NCBI GenBank assembly: GCA_044866005.1
Contig: JBIOTN010000019.1
Coordinates: 1-41,252, forward strand
Origin: Candidatus Rokuibacteriota bacterium
GTDB lineage: Bacteria > Methylomirabilota > Methylomirabilia > Rokubacteriales > DASRDR01
Direction of reading: 5' to 3'
DNA length: 41,252 nt
The translations under genes were made by a program, and so were the position numbers. Below the pieces are notes generated by a model that saw only the letters and a program-made list of their open reading frames with translations, did no database searches and was not told the DNA's origin. Shown one piece after another: positions 26,876-36,413 of this stretch (its first letter is position 1; the number at the start of each line of letters is the position of its first letter).

Positions 26876-27568
26876 TCACGTCAGGTAGACGAGCACATAG
26901 AGCACCGGCCACAGCCCGACGACGAAGTGCCAGTACATCGCGCACACCGAGAGTGCGACGTGACGCTCGCCGGTGTAGCCGCCACGCGCGGCTACCACGG
27001 CGACGATCCCGAGCCACGTCAGGGCGGCCAGGACGTGGACCCCGTGGGCACCGATCAAGGTGTAGAACGCGGCCCCGTACACGCCCGACGACACGGTGAG
27101 CCCGAAGCGGACCAGCCGGACCCACTCCGCCCCCTGGACCGCGAGGAAGAGCGCCCCGAGGCACGCCGTCCGCGCCAGCCCGACCACGAGGCCCCGCTGG
27201 TCCCCCCGCCGGACGGCCTGGAGCGCGCGCGCCAGCGTGTAGCTCGAGAGGAGCAGGACGAGCGTGTTGAGCGCGGTGACGCCGACCGGGAGCCGCGGCT
27301 GGAGGGGCGGTGGCCACTGGCTCGCGCCGAGGCGGAGGACGAGGAAGGCCGCGATCAGGCCGCCGAACAGCATCGATTCGCCCGTCATCAGCATGAGCAT
27401 CCCGAGCCGGGCGTTCGACAGGGGCGGTCCGGCGCCGGGACCGGGAGAGCCGTCACCGCCGCCGTTGCCGCGGGACGGCGGGGGCGGCGGGGGCAGGCGA
27501 TCGCGTCGCGGGCGGTCGGACCCCGGGCCCGCCGGCCGGCGCTCGATCTCGGGCTCGACGATCGGCAC
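26876..27568 (-). CDS. ctaE: Heme-copper oxidase subunit III (first copy)
   Basis: ESMLFGGL, NTLVLLLSS, LIGAHGVHV, YWHFV. Confidence 0.88.
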   Translation of the reverse strand: MPIVEPEIERRPAGPGSDRPRRDRLPPPPPPSRGNGGGDGSPGPGAGPPLSNARLGMLMLMTGESMLFGGLIAAFLVLRLGASQWPPPLQPRLPVGVTALNTLVLLLSSYTLARALQAVRRGDQRGLVVGLARTACLGALFLAVQGAEWVRLVRFGLTVSSGVYGAAFYTLIGAHGVHVLAALTWLGIVAVVAARGGYTGERHVALSVCAMYWHFVVGLWPVLYVLVYLT

Positions 27569-27577
27569 GGGCGGGCC

Positions 27578-27715
27578 TCAGTTCCGGATCCAGATGACGA
27601 CGACGGCCACGATCATCAGGAGGACGATCCAGCCGACGAGGAGACGCGCGGTCGTCCGATTGCGCGCCACGAGCCCCCCCGCGTCCTCGTCCCGTCGGTC
27701 GATCATCGTGGCCAC
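27578..27715 (-). CDS. Small single-TM protein in the cox operon (45 aa)
   Basis: (M)ATMIDRRDEDAGGLVARNRTTARLLVGWIVLLMIVAVVVIWIRN* fills the ctaB-ctaE gap almost exactly; not in the ORF track. Confidence 0.65.
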   Translation of the reverse strand: MATMIDRRDEDAGGLVARNRTTARLLVGWIVLLMIVAVVVIWIRN

Positions 27716-27719
27716 GGGC

Positions 27720-28658
27720 TCACCCCGCCTTGTCCAGCGCCATCAGCACGAGCAACATCGGGAGATACAGGACCGAGGCCAGGAGCAGCCGCCGCGCCGC
27801 CACGGCTGACGGGGCGAGCGCCTGCGCCATCCCGCAGGCGAGGAAGAGCCCCCCCAGGACGAGGGCGCCGAAGAAGTAGACCGGCCCGGCGAGGCCGACC
27901 AGCGTCGGCAACAGTCCCGCCGCGAGGAGCGCGAGGCAGGCGCTCACGATCTGACGCTCCGTGCTCGCCCCCTCCGGATCGACCACCGGGAGGACGCGGA
28001 TCCCGGCGCGCGCGTAGTCCTCCCGGTAGAGCCTCGCGATGGCGAGGGTGTGAGGCAGCTGCCACAGGAACAGGATGGCGAAGAGGACGCCCGCGCCCAC
28101 CCCCAGCTCGCCGCGCGCCGCGGTCCAGCCCGTGACGGGGGGCAGGGCGCCCGGGACCGCGCCGATCACCAGGCAGAGCGGCGTCACGCGCTTGAGGGGC
28201 GTGTAGGCGAAGAGGTAGAGGCCGACGGTCGCCGCGGTCACCGCCGCGCCGAGCGGGCCGACCGCGACCAGGAGGTAGACGAGCCCCGCCGCCGTGATCG
28301 CGGCCCCGAAGGCCAGCGCCTCGGCCGGCTGGAGCCGTCCGTCGGGGAGCGGTCGCCCTCGCGTGCGCTCCATGCGCGCGTCCACGTCGCGCTCCAGGAA
28401 CTGGTTCAGCGCCAGCGTCCCGGCGGCCGCCAGCCCGGTCCCGACGAGCGTGTGGAGCAGCCCGAGATAATCGCGCAGGCGCCCGGCGCCGAGGTAGTAG
28501 CCCACGAAGGTCGTGACCAGCACCATGAGGACGACGCGCGGCTTGGTCAGCGTGAGGAAGTCCAGCAGCCGCCGGCGCTCCGCGCCGAGCGCGACATCGG
28601 CGCCGGGCGCGAGCGTCTCCGCGCCGGCTCGCGACAGCGTCTCGCTCGGCGAGATCAT
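27720..28658 (-). CDS. ctaB: Heme O synthase (protoheme IX farnesyltransferase)
   Basis: LTKPRV, NQFLERDVDARMERTRGRPLP, YTPLKR, WQLPH, DYARAG. Confidence 0.95.
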   Translation of the reverse strand: MISPSETLSRAGAETLAPGADVALGAERRRLLDFLTLTKPRVVLMVLVTTFVGYYLGAGRLRDYLGLLHTLVGTGLAAAGTLALNQFLERDVDARMERTRGRPLPDGRLQPAEALAFGAAITAAGLVYLLVAVGPLGAAVTAATVGLYLFAYTPLKRVTPLCLVIGAVPGALPPVTGWTAARGELGVGAGVLFAILFLWQLPHTLAIARLYREDYARAGIRVLPVVDPEGASTERQIVSACLALLAAGLLPTLVGLAGPVYFFGALVLGGLFLACGMAQALAPSAVAARRLLLASVLYLPMLLVLMALDKAG

Positions 28659-29587
28659 GCGGCGGCTCCGCGGGAGAGGCGGGGCACCGGCACGACGGTC
28701 GGCGCGGGACTCTCCCGCCCCGGCCATCCACGCCAGAGCGTGAGCGTGATCGTGACCGCGGCGGCCAGGAGGAGCGATGCGACCGCGCGGTGGGCCACCG
28801 GCAGCGCCAGCCCGGCGACGGCGCCGCCGGGCAGGGCCAGCCCGGTGAAGCGCGCCAGGTAGGCGCCGAGGCCCAGGAGGAGCTGGGCGACCAGGAGGCC
28901 GGCGAGGAGCCGGGCGGGCCCGGCGAGCGCCCTCGCGGGACGCGCGAGGAGCCGCGCGGCGAGCGCCCCGGTCAGGGCGGTCGCGAGGACGGCGCCGCCC
29001 AGGTGGAGCCCGACGCGGCCCGCGTGGGTCGTGAGCGCGCCCAGGACCACCTGGAGATAGAGCGCCGCGCTCGCGGCGATGCCGAGCCACAGGAGGCGTC
29101 GCGGCGTGTCGGGCCGCCCGGGGGCGTCCCCTCCGACCTCCCAGCCGGGCGACGTGAAGAGGGCGAGCGCCGCCGCCAGGACGAAGAAGGCCTGGGCGAG
29201 ACAGCCGTGGACGATGGCCAGGGTGTCCTGCACGAGGAGGACGCGGAGCCCGCCCAGGAGACCCTGGAGGCAGACCAGGCCGACCGCCGCCAGGCCGAGC
29301 CACCGGAGCCAGCGGCGCTTCCCCCGCCACAGGGCGGCGGCGAGGGCGAGGGTGAGCGCGCCCACGAGCGCCCCGAGGAGCCGGTGACCGTGCTCGTAGA
29401 AGACGCCGCCGACCATGCCGGACCAGGGGTAGAGGAACATGTTGTGGCCGAACGTGGTCGGCCAGTCCGGCACCGCGAGCGCCGCGCCGGTATTCGTCAC
29501 CAGGCCCCCCGCGACGATGAGGAGCAGCGTCGCGGCGGCGGTCACGAGCGCCAGCCGATGCGCCCAGCCAGCGGGCGCCGACGGCAT
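28655..29587 (-). CDS. ctaA: Heme A synthase (COX15/CtaA)
   Basis: GGLVT...PDWP, YEHGHRLLG, QGLLGG, conserved His in VHG, LHL, AHR. Confidence 0.9.
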   Translation of the reverse strand: MPSAPAGWAHRLALVTAAATLLLIVAGGLVTNTGAALAVPDWPTTFGHNMFLYPWSGMVGGVFYEHGHRLLGALVGALTLALAAALWRGKRRWLRWLGLAAVGLVCLQGLLGGLRVLLVQDTLAIVHGCLAQAFFVLAAALALFTSPGWEVGGDAPGRPDTPRRLLWLGIAASAALYLQVVLGALTTHAGRVGLHLGGAVLATALTGALAARLLARPARALAGPARLLAGLLVAQLLLGLGAYLARFTGLALPGGAVAGLALPVAHRAVASLLLAAAVTITLTLWRGWPGRESPAPTVVPVPRLSRGAAA

Positions 29588-29588
29588 G

Positions 29589-31334
29589 TCAGTGCGGCCG
29601 CGAGGCGCCGGCTGTGGCCAGGCGCCGGTCCTGCGGCAGGTAGTCCTCGGCCACCTCGGGCGAGCTGTACTCGTAGGGGCCCCGGTAGACCGTGGGCAGG
29701 GTCACGCCCCAGTTGCCGTGGGGCGGCGGCGAGGGCGCGGTCCACTCGAGCGTGTTCGCCTGCCACGGGTTCAGCGGCGCCTTGGGACCCTTGAAGAGGC
29801 TCCAGAAGAAGTTGATGACGAACGGGATCTGGAAGAGGCCGAGGAGCAGCGCGCAGACCGTCATGAAGACGTTCCAGGGCCCGGTCCACTGCAGGAAGTC
29901 GTACTGGAGAGGGTTGTAGATCCGGCGCATCATCCCGCCGACCCCGACGATGTGCATGGGGAAGAAGGTCCCGTTGAAGAACACGAACGACCCCCAGAAG
30001 TGGATCTTCCCGAGGCGGTCGTTCATCATCCGCCCGAACATCTTCGGGAACCAGTAGTAGATCCCGGCGAAGGCGCCGAAGATCGAGCCGCCGAAGACGA
30101 CGTAGTGGATGTGCGCCACGATGAAGTAGGTGTCCTGGATGAAGATGTCCACCGGGGTCGAGGCCATGAAGATCCCGGAGAGCCCGCCGATCACGAACAT
30201 CGACACGAAGGCCAGGGCGTTCAGCATGGGGACGGTGAACCGGATGTTGCCGCCCCACAGCGTCCCCAGCCAGTTGAACGTCTTGATGGCCGAGGGGACC
30301 GCGATGACCATCGTCGTGATCATGAACGAGGTCCCCAGCGCCGGGTTCATCCCGCTCACGAACATGTGGTGGCCGTAGACGATCCAGGACAGGAACGCGA
30401 TCCCGATCATCGAGAACGCCATCGCGCGGTACCCGAAGATCGGCTTCCGCGAGAAGACGGACAGCACGTCCGAGGCGATGCCCATCGCCGGCAGGATCAG
30501 GATGTAGACCTCGGGGTGCCCGAAGAACCAGAAGAGGTGCTGCCAGAGGAGCGGTTCGCCTCCGCCGGTCGGCCCGAACCAGTGGGTCCCGAGCAGTCGG
30601 TCGAAGAGGAGGAGCGCGGTCGCGGAGGTCAGGACGGGGAGCGCCAGCAGCAGGAGGATGGCGGTCACGAACATCGCCCAGATGACGAGCGGCATGCGGA
30701 AGAGCGTCATGCCGGGCGCCCGCATGTTGATGATCGTCGTGATGTAGTTGATCGCCCCCATCATCGACGAGACCCCCAGCACGAACAGGCTGATGCACCA
30801 GAGGTTCTGGCCCCAGTAGACGCCCGAGTACTGCGGCACGGCCGACAGCGGCGCGTACGAGGTCCAGCCCGCCGCGGCGTGGCCGCCCTCCACGAAGAAG
30901 CCGGCCAGCATGAGCACCCCGGCCAGGGCGCCCGTCCAGAAGGACAGCATGTTCAGCTTCGGGAAGGCCATGTCCCGCGCGCCGAGCATGAGCGGGATGA
31001 GGAAGTTCCCGAACGCACCGGCCAGGATCGGCATGATCACGAAGAAGATCATGATCGTGGCGTGCATCGTGAACATCATGTTGTAGGTCTCGGGCGGGAT
31101 CACGCCCTCGGTCTCCGGCAGGAACGGCCGGAGGCCCGGGACCGGTGTCTCCGGCCAGGCCAGCTGCCAGCGGAGGAGCAGCGCGAGGAGCCCGCCGATC
31201 ACCATCATGAACAGCCCGAGGAAGAGGAATTGCCGGGCGATCATCTTGTGATCGGTGGAGAAGATGTAGGTCCGCACGAAGCCGAGCTCGTGCGCCGCGT
31301 GGACTTCGTGCGCGGTCGCCGCCTTAGTCGCCAT
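29589..31334 (-). CDS. ctaD: Cytochrome c oxidase subunit I, type A1
   Basis: STDHK, TMHAT, WFFGHPEVY, GHHMF, VAHIHYV, MRRIY. Confidence 0.97.
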   Translation of the reverse strand: MATKAATAHEVHAAHELGFVRTYIFSTDHKMIARQFLFLGLFMMVIGGLLALLLRWQLAWPETPVPGLRPFLPETEGVIPPETYNMMFTMHATIMIFFVIMPILAGAFGNFLIPLMLGARDMAFPKLNMLSFWTGALAGVLMLAGFFVEGGHAAAGWTSYAPLSAVPQYSGVYWGQNLWCISLFVLGVSSMMGAINYITTIINMRAPGMTLFRMPLVIWAMFVTAILLLLALPVLTSATALLLFDRLLGTHWFGPTGGGEPLLWQHLFWFFGHPEVYILILPAMGIASDVLSVFSRKPIFGYRAMAFSMIGIAFLSWIVYGHHMFVSGMNPALGTSFMITTMVIAVPSAIKTFNWLGTLWGGNIRFTVPMLNALAFVSMFVIGGLSGIFMASTPVDIFIQDTYFIVAHIHYVVFGGSIFGAFAGIYYWFPKMFGRMMNDRLGKIHFWGSFVFFNGTFFPMHIVGVGGMMRRIYNPLQYDFLQWTGPWNVFMTVCALLLGLFQIPFVINFFWSLFKGPKAPLNPWQANTLEWTAPSPPPHGNWGVTLPTVYRGPYEYSSPEVAEDYLPQDRRLATAGASRPH

Positions 31335-31348
31335 CGGTGGATCTCTCC

Positions 31349-31452
31349 GCCTCCCCACCTGGGGGGAGGCAGGCCCCGGAGCCTTCGCCGGAGGGCGAAG
31401 GTCGCGGCTTTGCCGCGGGGGCCGTCGGAAGAGGGGCGAAGCCCCCCTCCGA
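31349..31452. repeat. Cluster of four hairpins (REP-like) between coxB and coxA
   Basis: gcctcccc/ggggaggc, ccttcgcc/ggcgaagg, cgcggc-ttt-gccgcg, tcggaagagggg/cccccctccga. Confidence 0.75.
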
Positions 31453-31454
31453 GA

Positions 31455-32114
31455 TTAAGACGAGGGCCATTTCTCCTTGAGCCACTGCCGGTACTCCTCC
31501 GGCGAGTGGACGAAGAGCCAGCCCCGCATCCCGGAGTGCCCGAACCCGCAGAGCTCCGCGCACGGCATCTCGAACTTCCCCGTCTTCGTCGCCTGGAACC
31601 ATTGAAGAATTTCCCGGCCGGGCACCGCGTCCTGCTTGAAGCGCATGTTCGGCAGGAACACGCTGTGGATCACGTCTTTGGCGCGAAGGTGCAAGACGAT
31701 GGGCTTGCCGACCGGCACGTGGACCTCGTTGTCGAACGTCTGGTCGTCCTCGGTGTCGAACTTGCCGTCGGGGCCCGGGTAGGCCACTTCCCAGTTGAAC
31801 TGCTTCGCGGTGATGCGGATGTGGACGTCCGACTCCGGCTGCTGGCCCTTGATCCGGCCCCACGTCGGCACCGACAGGAACGTGAGCACGACGAGGATCA
31901 GCGCCGGCACCACGGTCCAGACGATCTCGAGCGTCGCGTTGCCGTGGGTGTAGGTCGCGCGGCGCCCCTCGCGGTGGCGGTAGAGGACGAGGAACGCGAT
32001 CATCGCGCCCGCCACGAGGAGGAACGTCGCGCCCGTGATGTAGTAGATCAGGTAGAACAGCCAGTCGACGTCCTGCCCGTACGTGGCGGCGTTCTCGGGA
32101 AGCCAGCTCAGCAT
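31455..32114 (-). CDS. ctaC: Cytochrome c oxidase subunit II (CuA)
   Basis: LEIVWT, QFNW, DVIHS, CAELCGFGHSGM. Confidence 0.96.
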   Translation of the reverse strand: MLSWLPENAATYGQDVDWLFYLIYYITGATFLLVAGAMIAFLVLYRHREGRRATYTHGNATLEIVWTVVPALILVVLTFLSVPTWGRIKGQQPESDVHIRITAKQFNWEVAYPGPDGKFDTEDDQTFDNEVHVPVGKPIVLHLRAKDVIHSVFLPNMRFKQDAVPGREILQWFQATKTGKFEMPCAELCGFGHSGMRGWLFVHSPEEYRQWLKEKWPSS

Positions 32115-32284
32115 TTGCTTCGGCGGGGGGCGCCGCCCCCGTCCGACCCGATCACCGCGCCGGCACAGCCGGCTCGGACCGCTTCGTTCCCGAGCGCGAG
32201 AAGTTTCATCCGGTTGCCGTCCTCATTCCGCATCGAGTCAGTCCCCTGTGTCTGCGCGGAGAAAGCTCCCGGACCGCACGACCC

Positions 32285-32302
32285 TTGTCTAGTCTTTCAC
32301 AA
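32285..32302. promoter_or_regulatory. Putative Rex/CRP-like operator
   Basis: TTGTCTAGTCTTTCACAA, 12/14 to TTGTGAAnnnnTTCACAA, downstream of the promoter. Confidence 0.5.
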
Positions 32303-32343
32303 CCGCGAGACTTCGCTGAAGAAATGCCGACTTACAGCCCTCC

Positions 32344-32371
32344 ATTATCGTCGGGTGGGACGCGCTGTCAA
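32344..32371 (-). promoter_or_regulatory. Putative sigma70 promoter of the cox operon
   Basis: Minus strand TTGACA-N16-GATAAT. Confidence 0.6.
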
Positions 32372-32470
32372 GCCCGAAAATTCTCCTCCGCGCGGCCGGC
32401 GACTCCTCCCGACTCGGCTCCCGGCCGGGCAAGCCCCGGCCGGGCGGCCGCCGGCGCGCGCGGGGCCGCG

Positions 32471-33175
32471 CTATTTCTTCGCGGCGAGCTCGAAGCTGAC
32501 CTTGGCTTCTTGACCCGGCTTCACCTCGACCTCCCTGGACTGCTTGCCGAGCACCGGGTGCCAGACCTCGACCTTGTGCTTGCCCGCCGGCACGTTCTCG
32601 ATCTTGAAGCTGCCCTTCTGGTCCGTCGCCGCCGCGGGGTTCTCGGTGACGAACAGCCAGCCGTGCATCCAGCTGTGCGCGTCGCACTGGACCTTGATGA
32701 CCTCGGGCTTGTCGATCTTCTCGGTCATCACCTTCTTGAACTTGGGCTGCGCCTTGTTGAACGGCGGGTTGGCCGTGGAGAAGGTGTGGATGTTGTGGAG
32801 CACGCCGTCCGAGTTCAGGATGTCGAGCTCGCCGGGGGCCATGATCAGCACTTCGGGCCGGAACTCGCACTCCTTCTGGTCGAGCGCCGGCTTCTTGCCC
32901 GGCTTTCCCGCCTTGACGTCCGTCACCGCGACGACGGCATTGGCGAGGCCCTTGCCCTGGCCCACCTCGACGTCCGCGATCTTCTTCTCGTTGCCGCAGA
33001 CCTGGTTGTCCTTGTTCACCTTCACGGTCTTCGCCGGAGGCGGCGTGCCGCTGACCTTGACCTCGCCGACGATCGTCCCGCCACCCTGCGCGTCCGCCGG
33101 CGGATTCCACCCGAAGAGGGCGGCGGCGGCCACGAGGGTCAGGACGAGAGCACTGGCGACTACGGGCATGCGCAT
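32471..33175 (-). CDS. Secreted carboxypeptidase-regulatory-like/cupredoxin-like protein
   Basis: Signal peptide; NSDGVLHNIH, CDAHSWM, VPAGKH..EVWH; paralog of 24625-25380. Confidence 0.85.
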   Translation of the reverse strand: MRMPVVASALVLTLVAAAALFGWNPPADAQGGGTIVGEVKVSGTPPPAKTVKVNKDNQVCGNEKKIADVEVGQGKGLANAVVAVTDVKAGKPGKKPALDQKECEFRPEVLIMAPGELDILNSDGVLHNIHTFSTANPPFNKAQPKFKKVMTEKIDKPEVIKVQCDAHSWMHGWLFVTENPAAATDQKGSFKIENVPAGKHKVEVWHPVLGKQSREVEVKPGQEAKVSFELAAKK

Positions 33176-33217
33176 GGGACCTCTTCCTCCTCTGCGAGAA
33201 CGGTGGCTATGGGCCCT

Positions 33218-35470
33218 CTAGACCCCGCCGCCCTGCCGGCGCCGCGCCCATCGGGCGAGCCCCAGCTCGAGGCCGACGGTCACCAGGGCCGCGATGGGCG
33301 GGATGACGAACTGCCGCTTGGACGGTGGAGCCTCCAAGCGCACATGGTACCACGACGAAACCGCGGCCTTGGGCCCCTCCTCCCCCTCCGAGCCGTCCCA
33401 CGCCCAGAAGGCGATGGGAAAGAACTCGCCCGCGGGAAAGGCGAAGTCTGCCTGATCCCCGGTCTTGAGCGCGCGCCGGATCACCACCCGGTACTGGCCG
33501 GCGTCGTACACCGCCTCGCCCTTGGCCTGCACCGACTCCCCGGCCTGAGGGGCGAGCTTGCCGATCCCCGCGGCGGTCGCCTCGCCGACCCCGGCGCCGG
33601 CGCGCCAGGTCAGGAGGTAGACGGGCTTGCCGCCGTCGCCCATCAGGAAGTAGGGGCGCTCGCCGGCCTCCCCGCCCGCCGGGAACTGGAGCGCGAGCAT
33701 GTCGGGCTTCGGCGCGCCCTTGGTCGGATCCGAGGGCGTGGGATCGTCCCACGTCAGGTGGAAGACCACCTCGCTCGGCGTGTGGACGGCGCGGACCGCG
33801 AGCAGGTCCACGGTCGGCGTGAAGTTGCGCGGGTCCACGATCACCTGGCCGACCAGCGGAAAGTTCGCGCCCGGGAGCTTCTGCCAGAACTCGGCGTTCG
33901 GATCGGAGGGGACCTCCCCGGTCGCGGCGCGGACCGGGAGGAGCGTGGCCCAGTTCGGGCGGTCGGGCGCCAGCGAGCGGACGTAGTTGGCGAGGTGCCA
34001 GATGTCCTCGGGCTTCTCCACGGAGTCGATGAACGTCGGCATCGGGGTGCCCATGAGCCCGGTGCCGAGCCGCGCCGCCACGTCCTTCCGCGCGGGGCCG
34101 CCCCGGAAGGTCCAGGGCTTGTAGAGGTTCGCCGGCCGGACCGGGTGGCCCCAGTCGTCCTTGAGGTCCGAGCCGGGCGCGGGGTCGCCCCGGCCGGCCG
34201 GCCCGTGGCACTTGTTGCACTCGATCGCCTCGAACATCTCCTTGCCGCGCGTGATCGAGGCCTCGGACGAGCCCACCTCGCCCGGCAGCTTGGCCGGCTC
34301 GGCCTTCGCGCCCTTGAAGCCCTCGGCGAAGCTCTTGACGTAGGCGACGAGCGCCCACCGGTCCTTGTCGGGGAGCGCCTGCGCCCAGGCCGGCATCGAG
34401 GTGCCCGGCATCCCGCGCGAGATGACGTTGAAGAGGTCCTCGTCGGTGGGGAGCTGGCCGGACGGCGTGCTCCGGATCTTGTACTTGCCCGCGGTGAAGT
34501 CGCGGGGCTTCGGCAGGAGCCGCTCGGCCGCGGGGCCGTCGCCCTTGCCCGAGACGCCGTGACAGAGGGCGCAGCGCGCCTCGTAGACCTGCTTGCCGCG
34601 CGCGACGTCCCCCGCCGCCTGCGCCTCCGCGGCGCGCGGCCCGGGCCGCGGCACCCACGCCGGCGCCAGGGCGAGGAGGCCCGTGAAGCGCGTCGACGGC
34701 TCGAGCGCGCCGTGCCCGCCGCCGCCCATCTCCCAGCGGCGGGGCTCGTAGCCCGTCGCCGCGTAGAGGTAGAGGATCACCTGCCAGACCTGCTCTTCCG
34801 TCAGCCGGTCCTCCCACGCCGGCATCGCGGAGTTCCAGGGCGTGGACTCCTTCGGCAGCCCCGGGCCGCCCTTGGCGATCCGCCAGAAGAGGTAGGACTC
34901 CTGGAGCTGCGCGATGGTCCCGGGGTCGGCGAAGTTGGCCGGCTGGGGGTTGAACCCGTGCGCGAAGTGGCCGTTGCCGTCCAGGTTGTCGCCGTGGCAG
35001 TAGAGGCAGTTCCGGATGTAGAGCTCCCCGCCCGCGGCGACGTGCTTGCCGAGGTTCGCCGCGTCCTTCCGGAGGGGGTTCTCGGTCGCCTGGAGCTCGA
35101 CGTTCTTGCCGCGGAAGGTGACCGAGGAGGGCGGCGCCGGATGGATGGCGCGCAGCTCGGCCGGCGCCTCGACGGTCGCCGCGGCCTGGGAGTAGGCGTA
35201 GTAGCCGACGAGGATCGGCAGCCCGATGCCGAGGAGCAGGCGGAGCGGGCGCCGCCGGGGCTCGACGAGCGTCCGCCAGACCGGCGTGACGAACGAGCGC
35301 CAGGACTCCGCGTCCGAGGAGACGTAGACGAGGACCGCGATCACGGTGATCGCCATGTAGAGGCTGAGGAGGCTCGACGGGATGGGCGGGCGGATCCCGT
35401 ACTTGAAGACCAGGAAGGCGGCGACGAGGACGAGGACCGCCTGGAGGAACTTCCCGCGGACCTGAGCCAT
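33218..35470 (-). CDS. Membrane-anchored triheme cytochrome c with C-terminal ethylbenzene-dehydrogenase-gamma/DOMON-like domain
   Basis: CLYCH, CALCH, CNKCH; N-terminal TM helices; LTWDDPT...DMLALQFP...YFLMGD...AFWAWDG; C-terminal TM. Confidence 0.88.
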   Translation of the reverse strand: MAQVRGKFLQAVLVLVAAFLVFKYGIRPPIPSSLLSLYMAITVIAVLVYVSSDAESWRSFVTPVWRTLVEPRRRPLRLLLGIGLPILVGYYAYSQAAATVEAPAELRAIHPAPPSSVTFRGKNVELQATENPLRKDAANLGKHVAAGGELYIRNCLYCHGDNLDGNGHFAHGFNPQPANFADPGTIAQLQESYLFWRIAKGGPGLPKESTPWNSAMPAWEDRLTEEQVWQVILYLYAATGYEPRRWEMGGGGHGALEPSTRFTGLLALAPAWVPRPGPRAAEAQAAGDVARGKQVYEARCALCHGVSGKGDGPAAERLLPKPRDFTAGKYKIRSTPSGQLPTDEDLFNVISRGMPGTSMPAWAQALPDKDRWALVAYVKSFAEGFKGAKAEPAKLPGEVGSSEASITRGKEMFEAIECNKCHGPAGRGDPAPGSDLKDDWGHPVRPANLYKPWTFRGGPARKDVAARLGTGLMGTPMPTFIDSVEKPEDIWHLANYVRSLAPDRPNWATLLPVRAATGEVPSDPNAEFWQKLPGANFPLVGQVIVDPRNFTPTVDLLAVRAVHTPSEVVFHLTWDDPTPSDPTKGAPKPDMLALQFPAGGEAGERPYFLMGDGGKPVYLLTWRAGAGVGEATAAGIGKLAPQAGESVQAKGEAVYDAGQYRVVIRRALKTGDQADFAFPAGEFFPIAFWAWDGSEGEEGPKAAVSSWYHVRLEAPPSKRQFVIPPIAALVTVGLELGLARWARRRQGGGV

Positions 35471-35495
35471 GTTGACGCGGGAGGGGGGCTACGCC

Positions 35496-36413
35496 CTATC
35501 GCTTGACGGGCGGCTGCGCCGGCGGCTTCGCGGCCGGCGGCGGCGGGGCGGGGGCGCCCGGCGTGCCGCCGCCGGCTGCCGCGGGGGCGGCGGGCGCGGC
35601 CGCCTGCGCGCCGCCCCCCTTGAGCGTCACGAGAAAGGCGACCAGGTCGGTGAACTCGCGGGCGGTGAGCTGCTGGCCGAAGGTGGGCGGCATGACGCCC
35701 GCGGGGAATCCGGCGACCGTCCCCTTGGAGGCCGGGTTGAGGATCTTCGCCATGAGGTAATCGGGCGTCTGGATGCTCGCGATGTTCGAGAGGTCCGGCC
35801 CGACCTTGCCACCGCCGAGCGGGCCCGCCGTGTGACAGGCGATGCACGTCCCCTTGCCCGCGAAGACGGCCTGGCCCGCCTTGGGGTCGCCGGGAAGCTG
35901 GAGGGCCGGCGCGCCCGGCTGGCCCCCAGCGGCGGCCGCCACCGAGGCCGGGATGTCCTCGAGCTTCACGTCCACCGTGCCGCCCTGGCTTTCCAGGTAC
36001 GCGATCACGGCCCAGAGCTCGCTGCGGTTCAGCGAGACGGGCGGCCGGTTCATGGGCTGCATGATCGGCGGGAAGCCTTCCACGACGTAGGCCTGAGGCT
36101 CGACCAGCGACTCGAGGAGGTAGGCCTTCGCCGGCGTCCCGGGCTTGCGCGTGGCCGCACGTGCGCCCACGCCGGCCAGGTCGGGTCCGCGCCCGCGCTG
36201 CCCGATCCCGTGGCACGTGGCGCAGCCGCCCTTCCCCAGGAAGATCTTCTCGCCCGCGGCGACGAGCTGCGGCGGCGTCACGTTGCCGCCCTCGAGCGAC
36301 AGCTCCTCCGGCGGCCGGGACTCGATCTGCGGGATGGAGTTCGCGTAGTAGGAGTAGGCGCCCATCACGGCGATGGCGAAAGTGCCCACCTTCAGGGTGA
36401 CGGGCAGCGCCAT
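35496..36413 (-). CDS. Membrane-anchored diheme cytochrome c
   Basis: CATCH...GPDL...M and CIACH...GPDL...MP; N-terminal TM; start overlaps the upstream TGA. Confidence 0.9.
   Translation of the reverse strand: MALPVTLKVGTFAIAVMGAYSYYANSIPQIESRPPEELSLEGGNVTPPQLVAAGEKIFLGKGGCATCHGIGQRGRGPDLAGVGARAATRKPGTPAKAYLLESLVEPQAYVVEGFPPIMQPMNRPPVSLNRSELWAVIAYLESQGGTVDVKLEDIPASVAAAAGGQPGAPALQLPGDPKAGQAVFAGKGTCIACHTAGPLGGGKVGPDLSNIASIQTPDYLMAKILNPASKGTVAGFPAGVMPPTFGQQLTAREFTDLVAFLVTLKGGGAQAAAPAAPAAAGGGTPGAPAPPPPAAKPPAQPPVKR

Noticed and set aside
26221..27568. Two cox3 genes as a novelty
   Set aside because: Split or duplicated subunit III is common in many bacterial cox operons.
32285..35506. 1073-aa plus-strand ORF and the many other long plus-strand ORFs between 4.6 and 40.8 kb
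   Set aside because: Antisense shadows of well-supported minus-strand genes in high-GC DNA; Arg/Gly/Pro-rich with no motifs.
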